IMG/VR virus record: IMGVR_UViG_3300030319_000074
Span: 1-30,248 of that record
Length of the DNA stretch: 30,248 bases
Direction: 5' to 3' (one strand)
Source of the DNA: a virus
The notes under the pieces were generated by a model. That model worked only from the letters and a program-made list of their open reading frames with translations, did not search any database and was not told where the DNA came from. The translations under genes and the position numbers were made by a program. Positions 22,559-30,248 of this stretch are shown one piece after another (within the stretch, counting starts at the first letter, position 1; every line of letters begins with the position of its first letter).

Positions 22559-24490
22559 CTAGTCAGTCAATCCAGTGATCGTAAAATACAGTGTAGCACC
22601 GGCAGTGATTTTGCTGCCAAGAGCATACACGGATACAAGGTTATCTCCGCTGTAGTTTTCTACGGCAACATATGCCCCCACGCCAGACGATGAACGCCCA
22701 ACGCCGGAGCAGCCGACAATTTTGGAAAAGTCAAAGGTCGTTGAAGCGATGTACTGCGGTGCTGGATATGAGGTAGCAATATCGTTCTTTAGGACAACAC
22801 TTCCGGTTATCGTGATCTGTTTGCCGTAGGTGCGATACTTGACAGTGCCGGATTTGGCATGGCCCTCTACGGTCATGGCTACCCACCCGCTGTCGGTCAG
22901 GGTGTCGGCTCGGGCAGCATAGGACAAATCTACATCTGTAACCGACTTCGTACCGACAGTGGTTGCGTTTTTAGCATCACTATCACCATGTTTCTCCAAC
23001 ACCCAACGATTTGATAAACCACCAGTTAAGACCAAATCGGCGATTACATAATATGCGGTTTGATGCCATCTAGCCGACGTATAACACCACAACTCAAATT
23101 TTACGCCAGTTGATGATGCAATACCAACTAGTTTAAACTGTGCATGGTGTGGGCTAGAGTCTCTAACAAGCCAGCTGACTTTCATATTTTCGATGCCTGT
23201 TCCAGTGCTATCAGTTCTTGTATAAACGCCAATAACACCGTAAATATTATTTCCGTTACATATATGCATGTATAATGTCTCTGTATCATAGCCATTTTTT
23301 GAAGCTGTCATTGTTCCGATGCGGAACCATCGATAACCGCTATTTGCATTTGCAGCGTTGTTCACACACCAACCATAACGCATAGAGCCATTTGAGAGAG
23401 CCTTTGACTGGTCTGCCGTCCCGTGAAGCGGCAGATACTGCGACAAGTCCACCCCGTCTAGCTTCTTCTTATCCGCCGCAGTCATAAGCCCATGCACAGA
23501 CTGTGTGGCATCGCTGTAGGTAGTGTCAGTGAATTTCGCGTTTGCCGGGACATTGGCATTGATAGAATGGGATATGGGCGTAGCAGCACCGTTCGCAGCA
23601 ATGTAAACTGGTTTGGTAGCAGAACCCACCGCCGTGTTTGCTGTGTGGGTTACAGCCGTGGACTTGTCTTGTTTGCCGGAAATATCTTGATGTGCTGTGA
23701 TAACCGTACCCAGATCAACTACGCCGCTAGTACCCTTGCTTGCACCATTCATTTTGATTCCAGTGATTGTGCCAGTATTTTTAGTGTAGCCTAGTGATTC
23801 AACTTTTGACTTTATATAACTCCATAAAGTAGAAAATTTAACTCGACCAAATTCATTTTTACTTGACGTATCTTGTCTAATGAAATATGTATCATCTGTA
23901 GGAGTTGCAGTCCAGCTATTTGTTATTTTTGATAGCAGTGAATCTGCCCCTGCCGCAGTATTATCAACCTTTCCGGAAATATCTTGATGCTTTTGCAGTG
24001 CTGTATCTGCCTTACCCAGACTTGCCTGCACACTGCTTGCAAGGTCGCTTTTGGGGATACCTGTAGTGGGCTTGGTGTATGTTCCGTAGCCTGCATCGTT
24101 TTCCAGTTCGGATACCTTCTCCGGCACGGGAATATTGATAGCCTCATTTTCTGCTGCATTTGCGGAAAATGTCCCCACGCTCTTCCCGTTCCGCTGCACA
24201 GACAATGTGCCGTTTCCTACAGCCGGGATATCTGACTTGTCGGCTTTTTTTGCAATTTCTTTGGCGATTGCCTGATTCTCCACCGGATTGGTGCTTGTTT
24301 CGGACAATTCTGCATCTACTTCCACGGCTCCGGAAGGGATATTCACAGTGATCTCCACGCCGTCCAGACCTGTCCAGTACAGCGTGTTCTTGTCGGTGTT
24401 GTCCTGCCGCAGTGCAATGTTCTGTGACCGGTTGACGAGTTCCACCAGCCGTTTCAGTATTTTACTGCTGCCGTTGTACTGTATCTTCAT
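22559..24490 (-). CDS. Tail fibre / receptor-binding protein
   Basis: ATG at 24490 lies 7 nt after GGAGG; the track start at 24496 is a GTG. It is Ser/Thr/Gly/Ala-rich with a repeated HQDISGK motif, and it is the last structural gene before the holin. Confidence 0.7.
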   Translation of the reverse strand: MKIQYNGSSKILKRLVELVNRSQNIALRQDNTDKNTLYWTGLDGVEITVNIPSGAVEVDAELSETSTNPVENQAIAKEIAKKADKSDIPAVGNGTLSVQRNGKSVGTFSANAAENEAINIPVPEKVSELENDAGYGTYTKPTTGIPKSDLASSVQASLGKADTALQKHQDISGKVDNTAAGADSLLSKITNSWTATPTDDTYFIRQDTSSKNEFGRVKFSTLWSYIKSKVESLGYTKNTGTITGIKMNGASKGTSGVVDLGTVITAHQDISGKQDKSTAVTHTANTAVGSATKPVYIAANGAATPISHSINANVPANAKFTDTTYSDATQSVHGLMTAADKKKLDGVDLSQYLPLHGTADQSKALSNGSMRYGWCVNNAANANSGYRWFRIGTMTASKNGYDTETLYMHICNGNNIYGVIGVYTRTDSTGTGIENMKVSWLVRDSSPHHAQFKLVGIASSTGVKFELWCYTSARWHQTAYYVIADLVLTGGLSNRWVLEKHGDSDAKNATTVGTKSVTDVDLSYAARADTLTDSGWVAMTVEGHAKSGTVKYRTYGKQITITGSVVLKNDIATSYPAPQYIASTTFDFSKIVGCSGVGRSSSGVGAYVAVENYSGDNLVSVYALGSKITAGATLYFTITGLTD

Positions 24491-24492
24491 GG

Positions 24493-25887
24493 TCACCCCT
24501 CCGATATGGTATAGATCACTTTCATGGTCTGGGCGGCGGTCTTGGTGACTGGAGAGGATAGGTTGTTGATGGTGGCGAGATAGTTTGTCTGCATGTGAAA
24601 TGTGCCGGCTTCCGGTGAACTGCCTCTGTATGGACTTCGAAAAAACATAATGGAATTGCCGATAATCGGTACGATTCGATATGTAGCGTTATATGCCCAA
24701 AGATTTGCGCGACAGTTTGTAATGGATACAGTATTTTTTTTTGTGTCAACAACAGCATAGTTTTGAGTATCGTTTCCCGATGCAAAAAGTTGTGGGAAAT
24801 ACAGAAATCCATTGCGTTCAAAAATTCCAACATCATGATAACTCGAACTGTTGTATTTTGATGGTATCTTTAGTTCTGTTACATCTCCAGCCGCAGTAAT
24901 ATTGATTTTATGTACAACAGATGCACCGAAATGATATAGATAATTGTTATATACATAGCAAAACTGGCTGTAGAGAGCTCCGCCTGTTGTATTGGCAACC
25001 ACAATTTTTTCCAGCTTGAGTGTGTCCAGTGGAATGCGATACACTACAATATTGCTGCCGCTGGGTATATTGTAGTTAGAAACATTGTTTGCGACAATGT
25101 AAATTGCATTGCTGCTGCGATCATAATTCATAGCACGATAGGCGGTATAAATATTATCTGTTGATAATTCTACCTTTTCAATCAATGGTCTGTAGTTGTA
25201 CAGGTTGCGAAGCAGTGTAACACTTTTCAGCATTGCTTGTCTTTTGTATATGACTATCTTGTTGCAGAAACTTGTATTTTCCGGATTTGGCACAAATTCC
25301 AAAGAATACAGCACATCGTTTTTTTCATCGATTGCCAGCGTAAATTGTCCTTCATGTGTCATAAATCTGCTGCCGCCTAGGCTGTAAAGTAGAGATCCGG
25401 ATTGATCGCTGCTGTTGGTAGTGTGATCTTCGGGTTCTCCGTAGCTGTCAAAGCCGCCCCATTTAGAAGTCAGACATACGCTTGCAATTTTGCCGTTGCC
25501 CTTGGAAGTAGGGAAATCGTATACATACTTCATAGTTTTTGCATCTAAGTCCAGTTTGGATTCTTCGCTGTTGTAGTCGCCCCGAAGCAGACTGCTGACA
25601 GTATTCTTAATGCCATATACGCCAGATGCCGTCAGACGCACACCCGGTGGGGCATAGTACTTAGATGCATCTTCTTCCAGTGCTGTGTCAAACAGCAAAA
25701 TGCCGCCCAGCAGGGACGTGTACAGCGGCTGTCCGATGCTGCTGTACATCACACCGCAGTCTTTCATGTAGCCCTCCTGCTTGAAAATATCTGTCAAGGC
25801 ATTGGTCACCATGTTATGTTCCAACACTTTTTCCTGTGATCCGGTGCGGACATCGGTTAGGATCAATTCTGTTTTTCCTTTCAGCAT
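24493..25887 (-). CDS. Baseplate / tail-tip structural protein of unknown family
   Basis: I prefer the ATG at 25887 (AAAGGAGG upstream, just after the stop of the preceding gene at 25898). The 464-aa product is Asn/Tyr/Ser-rich and beta-rich in appearance. The call is from position only. Confidence 0.5.
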   Translation of the reverse strand: MLKGKTELILTDVRTGSQEKVLEHNMVTNALTDIFKQEGYMKDCGVMYSSIGQPLYTSLLGGILLFDTALEEDASKYYAPPGVRLTASGVYGIKNTVSSLLRGDYNSEESKLDLDAKTMKYVYDFPTSKGNGKIASVCLTSKWGGFDSYGEPEDHTTNSSDQSGSLLYSLGGSRFMTHEGQFTLAIDEKNDVLYSLEFVPNPENTSFCNKIVIYKRQAMLKSVTLLRNLYNYRPLIEKVELSTDNIYTAYRAMNYDRSSNAIYIVANNVSNYNIPSGSNIVVYRIPLDTLKLEKIVVANTTGGALYSQFCYVYNNYLYHFGASVVHKINITAAGDVTELKIPSKYNSSSYHDVGIFERNGFLYFPQLFASGNDTQNYAVVDTKKNTVSITNCRANLWAYNATYRIVPIIGNSIMFFRSPYRGSSPEAGTFHMQTNYLATINNLSSPVTKTAAQTMKVIYTISEG

Positions 25888-25897
25888 GTGTCCTCCT

Positions 25898-28060
25898 TTA
25901 TAGCGTGTAGTTGATTGCAAATTCTTTAAGTGTGGCGTTGCCCTCCAGCCATATGCGCAGGGCAATTGTTCTGGCTGTGGTCATGCCGCTGTAGAGTGCG
26001 TCAAGGTCTGTTTGCAGGAAGTCAGCCATAGGCACCTGCTCCGTCCATGTGCTGCCATCGTAGCTGTGCTGGACAGATACCAGTCCGGTGTAGGTGCATT
26101 CCAGAGATGTAATGCCGGTAATGCTGTTGTCTGTAAGGTCGGCTGTTTTGGCAATACAACTGGATATAGATTGATCTGACAGCTGATATACGCCGTCTGT
26201 AATGGTGATGTCGCTGTCATAAGTCCCTTTGCTGTCGGTAGTATTGATCAGGAATCTTGTATCTGCCAAAGAATTGGAGATTGCTTCGGAAATACTGCGG
26301 AATGTGATCTGTGATGCACCCAGCGTTAGGGCAAAGTGGTCTGTGAATGTCTGTGCAGCCGGTGTCTGCCGGTTCTCTGTGACAACTGTTTGTTTGATGT
26401 GGAACGTCATGTCTGCTGGTTCAAGTGCAATTTGCTGCTCCAGATAATCTTCCGCAGAAACCACACCGTCCCATGTGCCTTCTCCGGCAAGGAATGTGCC
26501 TTCCATGGTGGCGTTGAGTGCTTCTGCATCAATGGTGATCGTGCAGTCCTGGGTATAGAACCGTACGGAAAATTCCTCGGTGGTCGTGCCGGACACGGAA
26601 AAGTGGAAGAACAGGTGCAGGGTATGCACACCGTCCTGCAATGTCCACTGCGGCCGAACTCTGCCGATTTCTTCACTTCCCAGATAGTAGGCGGCTGTCA
26701 GAATGCCGTCTGTGCAGAGATATTGTTCTGCGGTATCCATTTCCACGGTATCTGCTTGCAGCTTGATTTCCGCAAAAAAATTGACCTGTGTGGTTTTCGT
26801 AGAAATAAATCGCAGACTGACAACTGTTTTCTGACTGTCGGTTCCCATGAAGATTCTGGCGGCGTTGGTGTAGTTGTAGTAGTGCATCTGCTGTGCATCG
26901 AGTGTACTGCTTAACCCGCTGAGAGCCTTGTCTTCGGCAGACTTCGCCCAGTCTATGGTTGGGTCGCTGCCATATCCGGCAATCTCATATTCCCCGTGAT
27001 ATGTCCACGTGTATGACATAATGCAGCCAATTGTATCATCAGGTGCAATGCCACCGGTAAACGCAATCACATCGCCTAGATCATAGGCGGGGTCGGCAAA
27101 CATTGATGCGGTAAATGGCGTGTAATGCAGGGCATGGGCAGTGTCTGATGTCGCATCATCGCTGCTGTAGCTTGTCAGTGCATAGAGTATCGTTTGCAGG
27201 AGTTCCGTTTTCTTGGCAGGCAATCCGTATTGTAAAAATGGGTTGGTGCCTAAGTCCATATAGGTGCCGACCAGCTCCGGTACCTTACAGTACAACTGTT
27301 TTTCCTGCACTTTGTCATAGCAGATAATACGGTTGTATTCCGTTCGAAAGTCAGAGAACTTTGCTCCGGTCAGCCGGTGTTCGCTGGAAACCGTGTCTGT
27401 GGCTGCTGTGGAGAAGCCGCGAAAGACCAGCTTTCCGCTGCGGTCAATGGTAGCAAATCCGCCGATCAGCTGTGCCAGATAGGAGATGATGTCACGGTAG
27501 GTGTCAATGTCGTTTTCCGGATACAACACAAAATAGCTGTATGTACCATTAGGCAGTGCTTGTACGGCGGCTCTGGTCATGCCGAACTCTATGCCGCATA
27601 AGCTGCATGCCAGTGTTGCCATGTCATAGATGCTGCCGGAAAATGCTTGTCCGTCATAGGTCTTATCCAGCTTGGACATGTTATCATAAGCAACGGTTTC
27701 CCAGCCGAACGCTGTTTTTTCCATGGTAGACATCGTGTAAGGTGTCAAGGGAATTTCTTCCCATGTGTCATCAGCCAGTCGTCTGGATATGTATGCCGTG
27801 ATCACAGTGCCTTCCCGATAGGGATTCCAGCGAAACCATGCAGGCAGTCCTGTAAATGCCGCCGAAAGTTCGCCGACATATACACCTCCGATTTTCAGCG
27901 TACTGGAAGCAGTGCACTGATTGGCAATGCGGAAACTCAGGACGTTTTTATCCGTAAAGGACAGCACTGTGCCCCTGTTGTTGTCGATCGTGCCGCGTAT
28001 GCGGAACTGCTGTACCGGTTGTTTCATGGCTGCTTTGTATTTTTGAGATACCGCATACAC
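25898..28060 (-). CDS. Tail-associated / baseplate hub protein (Tal-like minor structural protein)
   Basis: 720 aa with a GTG start at 28060, 7 nt after GGAGGTG. It is the second gene after the tape measure. The call is from position and size. Confidence 0.55.
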   Translation of the reverse strand: MYAVSQKYKAAMKQPVQQFRIRGTIDNNRGTVLSFTDKNVLSFRIANQCTASSTLKIGGVYVGELSAAFTGLPAWFRWNPYREGTVITAYISRRLADDTWEEIPLTPYTMSTMEKTAFGWETVAYDNMSKLDKTYDGQAFSGSIYDMATLACSLCGIEFGMTRAAVQALPNGTYSYFVLYPENDIDTYRDIISYLAQLIGGFATIDRSGKLVFRGFSTAATDTVSSEHRLTGAKFSDFRTEYNRIICYDKVQEKQLYCKVPELVGTYMDLGTNPFLQYGLPAKKTELLQTILYALTSYSSDDATSDTAHALHYTPFTASMFADPAYDLGDVIAFTGGIAPDDTIGCIMSYTWTYHGEYEIAGYGSDPTIDWAKSAEDKALSGLSSTLDAQQMHYYNYTNAARIFMGTDSQKTVVSLRFISTKTTQVNFFAEIKLQADTVEMDTAEQYLCTDGILTAAYYLGSEEIGRVRPQWTLQDGVHTLHLFFHFSVSGTTTEEFSVRFYTQDCTITIDAEALNATMEGTFLAGEGTWDGVVSAEDYLEQQIALEPADMTFHIKQTVVTENRQTPAAQTFTDHFALTLGASQITFRSISEAISNSLADTRFLINTTDSKGTYDSDITITDGVYQLSDQSISSCIAKTADLTDNSITGITSLECTYTGLVSVQHSYDGSTWTEQVPMADFLQTDLDALYSGMTTARTIALRIWLEGNATLKEFAINYTL

Positions 28061-28078
28061 GGCACAGCACCTCCTTTA

Positions 28079-28435
28079 TCATATTTCTTCGATTGTGAAG
28101 CTGACATTCCATAAACCGTCTGTTCTGGCGGTGCGTTCAGAGCCACTTTCCAAAGATTTTTCAAAATCCCGAATCATGACTGTGCGGCTTTCTTTCGTAT
28201 CGCCTTTCAGCTGCATCGTCAGTGTATCTTTGATGCTCAGGGCATACAATTGGTTTGCAAATGCAGAGCTGCACTGATAGCTTACGGATACGCTCAGCTT
28301 GTCATAGCGTGTGATGATCGTTGCAGTAGTTCCTGCTTCGGTTTCCTTGCTGTTCTCTACTACATCGTGGCTTTCTTTCCACTTCTGTGGATTCGGCAGC
28401 TGTACGCCGTTTAGTTTCAGGTATTTTCCCAGCAT
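28079..28435 (-). CDS. Putative distal tail protein (Dit-like, short)
   Basis: 118-aa ORF starting 2 nt after the tape-measure stop, with GGAGG 8 nt upstream. The call is from position only. Confidence 0.4.
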   Translation of the reverse strand: MLGKYLKLNGVQLPNPQKWKESHDVVENSKETEAGTTATIITRYDKLSVSVSYQCSSAFANQLYALSIKDTLTMQLKGDTKESRTVMIRDFEKSLESGSERTARTDGLWNVSFTIEEI

Positions 28436-28436
28436 A

Positions 28437-30248
28437 TTATCTTCCTCCAGAACGGTATTTCATTCGCTGCTCTTGTGTGACAACCGCCTGATAAATTTTA
28501 CTGCCGTCCAGATAAATCGGTATGATCGTATCACCAGTGTCGCCGCTGTACTGTCCCGCTGCCAATGCAGAGCGTATCGCAGAGGATATGCCGCTTGTGT
28601 CGATTGCCATGCTTTGTGTGCTGATCGGCACGCTTGGAGCTGCAATTGCCATTGTTCCGGCAAGTCCCTGCATGGCATTTGCCACAAGATACTGATTCTG
28701 TCGGATACCGTCTGCCAATCCCTGCATCATATCCGGCATCCACTTCTCATAATCTCGCAACGGTCCGATGTCCGGACGGGAAAAGTGGATATACTGCTTG
28801 ATAATGTCAGCGACTTCGCCGGCTGCTTCGTGCACCTTGTGAATAAAGCTTTCGATGCCGCCGACAAATCCGTCAATGAGGTCGCTGCCCCACTGGAACG
28901 CCTTTGCAGGCAGTCCGGTGATATAACTCCATGCACTTTCAAAGCCGCTGTAAATGTGGTTATACACGCCTACAGCCGCAGATGCAGCACTGCTGACAAT
29001 GTTGCTGAACTGGGTGGATACCGCACTGTACATGGAAGATGCATGGCTTGATACTGTGCTGTACGCATTTCCCATGGCATTGGAAATCGTTGATTTTACA
29101 TTGTCCCACGTGGCAGATGTCTGTGACTTGATATTGCTCCATGTTGTGCTGACAGAATTTCGCAAGGTCAGAAATGATGCCGCACCAAATGTAACCAGAT
29201 TGTTCCATGTACTTGACAGATACGTTTTCACACTTTCCCATGCAGATGCAGTGCTGGTGTAAATGGTCAGTCCGAAATTTGCCCAGAACGTAGAAAAGTT
29301 GTTCCAGAAAATCGCAGCCCCCTCAGAAATGTTTTCCCATGTCTGAGAAGCTTTTTCTTTGATCGTGTCCCATGTGTCAGACCAGAATGTAGAAATGTTG
29401 TCCCAGGTGATTTGTGCATCTTCTGCAAGCGTGTTCCATGTGTCAGACAGCCATGCGCTGATTGTATCCCAGTGTTTTACAACAGCAATCACCGCAGCGA
29501 TGGCTGCCGCAATTGCCAGAATAATCAGCAACACCGGACCAAGTGAGATGTTAAGTGCAGTATTGGCTACGGATATGGCGGTAATAATCGGTGCAATTTT
29601 CGCCATAGCAACAATTAACCCAGCAAGTATTGCAACAAAAGCTTTCATGGAATCTGGCATTGCTCCAAAAATTGTTGCTAAAAATTTGACTGCCGTAGTT
29701 ATTGGCGGAAGAACTGTATTCAATCCAGTCATAAGTGATTCGCCAATGGGGACAAGTGCCTGATGCAGCGTGCGGAGATTTGCTTCCAGCATCTGTGCTG
29801 GGGTGGTAGACTGATTGTAAAAGTCTGTGGCTGCACCTGTGACATCTTTGTATGTATCCCCGACAGATGTCAGTGCGGTGATAAATTTCAGGCTGCCGTC
29901 TTCCGCCATTGTGCCAAACGCTGTTGTGGCAAGATTTAGCTTGTCTTGTTGTGTGGTGGCATTGCTAATATCGCTGACAATGCTGTCAATAACGTCCTTT
30001 TGTGTGCCGTTTCCGTTTTTCCATGCTTCAAAAAACTGTTTGGTTTGGTCAGAATAAGAATCTAGGTTCTTTTCAATCGTACCGTCTGCAATGCGGTTTG
30101 TGACCTCGTTGATCGCATCATTGACCTTGTCCAGATTATACGCACCATTGTCAAGGCCATTGTTCAGCAGCTGGAAATACTCACCTGCGGAATATCCTGC
30201 CTGTGCAAACTTCCCGGCATATTCAGACAGATTATCGCCTAGTTCATC
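28437..30248 (-). CDS. Tail tape measure protein, 3' part (frame open to the window end; joins 1-1095 across the junction)
   Basis: I translated 30248 down to 29910 and found no stop (DELGDNLSEYAGKFAQAGYSAGEYFQLLNNGLDNGAYNLDKV...LATTAFGTMAEDGSL). It has a hydrophobic block LAGLIVAMAKIAPIITAISVANTALNISLGPVLLIILAIAAAIAAVIAVV and periodic Trp/Phe repeats. Confidence 0.9.
   Translation of the reverse strand, partial: DELGDNLSEYAGKFAQAGYSAGEYFQLLNNGLDNGAYNLDKVNDAINEVTNRIADGTIEKNLDSYSDQTKQFFEAWKNGNGTQKDVIDSIVSDISNATTQQDKLNLATTAFGTMAEDGSLKFITALTSVGDTYKDVTGAATDFYNQSTTPAQMLEANLRTLHQALVPIGESLMTGLNTVLPPITTAVKFLATIFGAMPDSMKAFVAILAGLIVAMAKIAPIITAISVANTALNISLGPVLLIILAIAAAIAAVIAVVKHWDTISAWLSDTWNTLAEDAQITWDNISTFWSDTWDTIKEKASQTWENISEGAAIFWNNFSTFWANFGLTIYTSTASAWESVKTYLSSTWNNLVTFGAASFLTLRNSVSTTWSNIKSQTSATWDNVKSTISNAMGNAYSTVSSHASSMYSAVSTQFSNIVSSAASAAVGVYNHIYSGFESAWSYITGLPAKAFQWGSDLIDGFVGGIESFIHKVHEAAGEVADIIKQYIHFSRPDIGPLRDYEKWMPDMMQGLADGIRQNQYLVANAMQGLAGTMAIAAPSVPISTQSMAIDTSGISSAIRSALAAGQYSGDTGDTIIPIYLDGSKIYQAVVTQEQRMKYRSGGR
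30150..30248. repeat. Right copy of the 99-nt terminal overlap (identical to 1-99)
   Basis: Direct comparison of the two window ends. Confidence 0.95.

Larger units (their letters stand above)
1..30248. mobile_element. Complete temperate siphovirus-like phage genome (HK97-fold head), circularly permuted in this window; unique length 30,149 bp
   Basis: All recognisable genes are phage genes (lysogeny, replication, packaging, head, tail, lysis). No host genes. The first 99 nt are identical to the last 99 nt. Confidence 0.9.

Noticed and set aside
22559-28060. Diversity-generating retroelement, or CRISPR or other arrays, associated with the tail fibre region
   Set aside because: No reverse transcriptase gene exists anywhere in the genome, and there is no template/variable repeat pair beyond the 17-mer in-phase duplication. 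No regularly spaced repeat array exists anywhere in the window.

Overview
The window is a complete temperate tailed-phage genome, not a chromosomal segment. Nt 1-99 are identical to nt 30150-30248, so the sequence closes into a circle of 30,149 bp. The break point lies inside the tape-measure gene. Its first 1,095 nt sit at the left edge and are missing from the ORF track because the frame runs off the window.

I count about 45 genes. The - strand carries three blocks in transcription order:
- A Cro-like early operon (16696 down to 9131): Xis-like HTH, replisome organizer, DnaC-like loader, PAPS-reductase-like protein, C5-methyltransferase-like protein, RusA, Lar-like protein, several small Cys-rich proteins and a sigma-region-4-like late regulator.
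- Packaging and head genes: HNH-TerS-TerL, HK97-type portal, protease and capsid, and the connector proteins.
- Tail and lysis genes: phi13-type major tail protein, frameshifted chaperones, tape measure (across the junction), baseplate and fibre genes, holin and a GH25 endolysin.

The + strand carries the lysogeny operon: XRE repressor, ImmA-type metalloprotease, a DEDDh exonuclease-BRCT fusion, a zinc-ribbon membrane protein and a tyrosine integrase. A probable attP follows it. Strong GGAGG-type ribosome-binding sites and the gene content suggest a Bacillota (Clostridia-like) host; this is inference. I saw no tRNA, rRNA, CRISPR array, transposase or reverse transcriptase.

Most worth a second look:
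1. The exonuclease-BRCT plus zinc-ribbon membrane gene pair in the immA-int cargo slot.
2. The PAPS-reductase-like, atypical C5-MTase-like and Lar-like block.
3. A 481-nt ORF-poor, hairpin-rich gap in an otherwise tightly packed early operon.
4. A late control region where a promoter-like element precedes a strong hairpin.
5. An attP region with five copies of an 11-mer flanking a GC-rich gene-3'-end-like segment.

All product calls come from motif recognition by eye. No database search or folding computation was possible.
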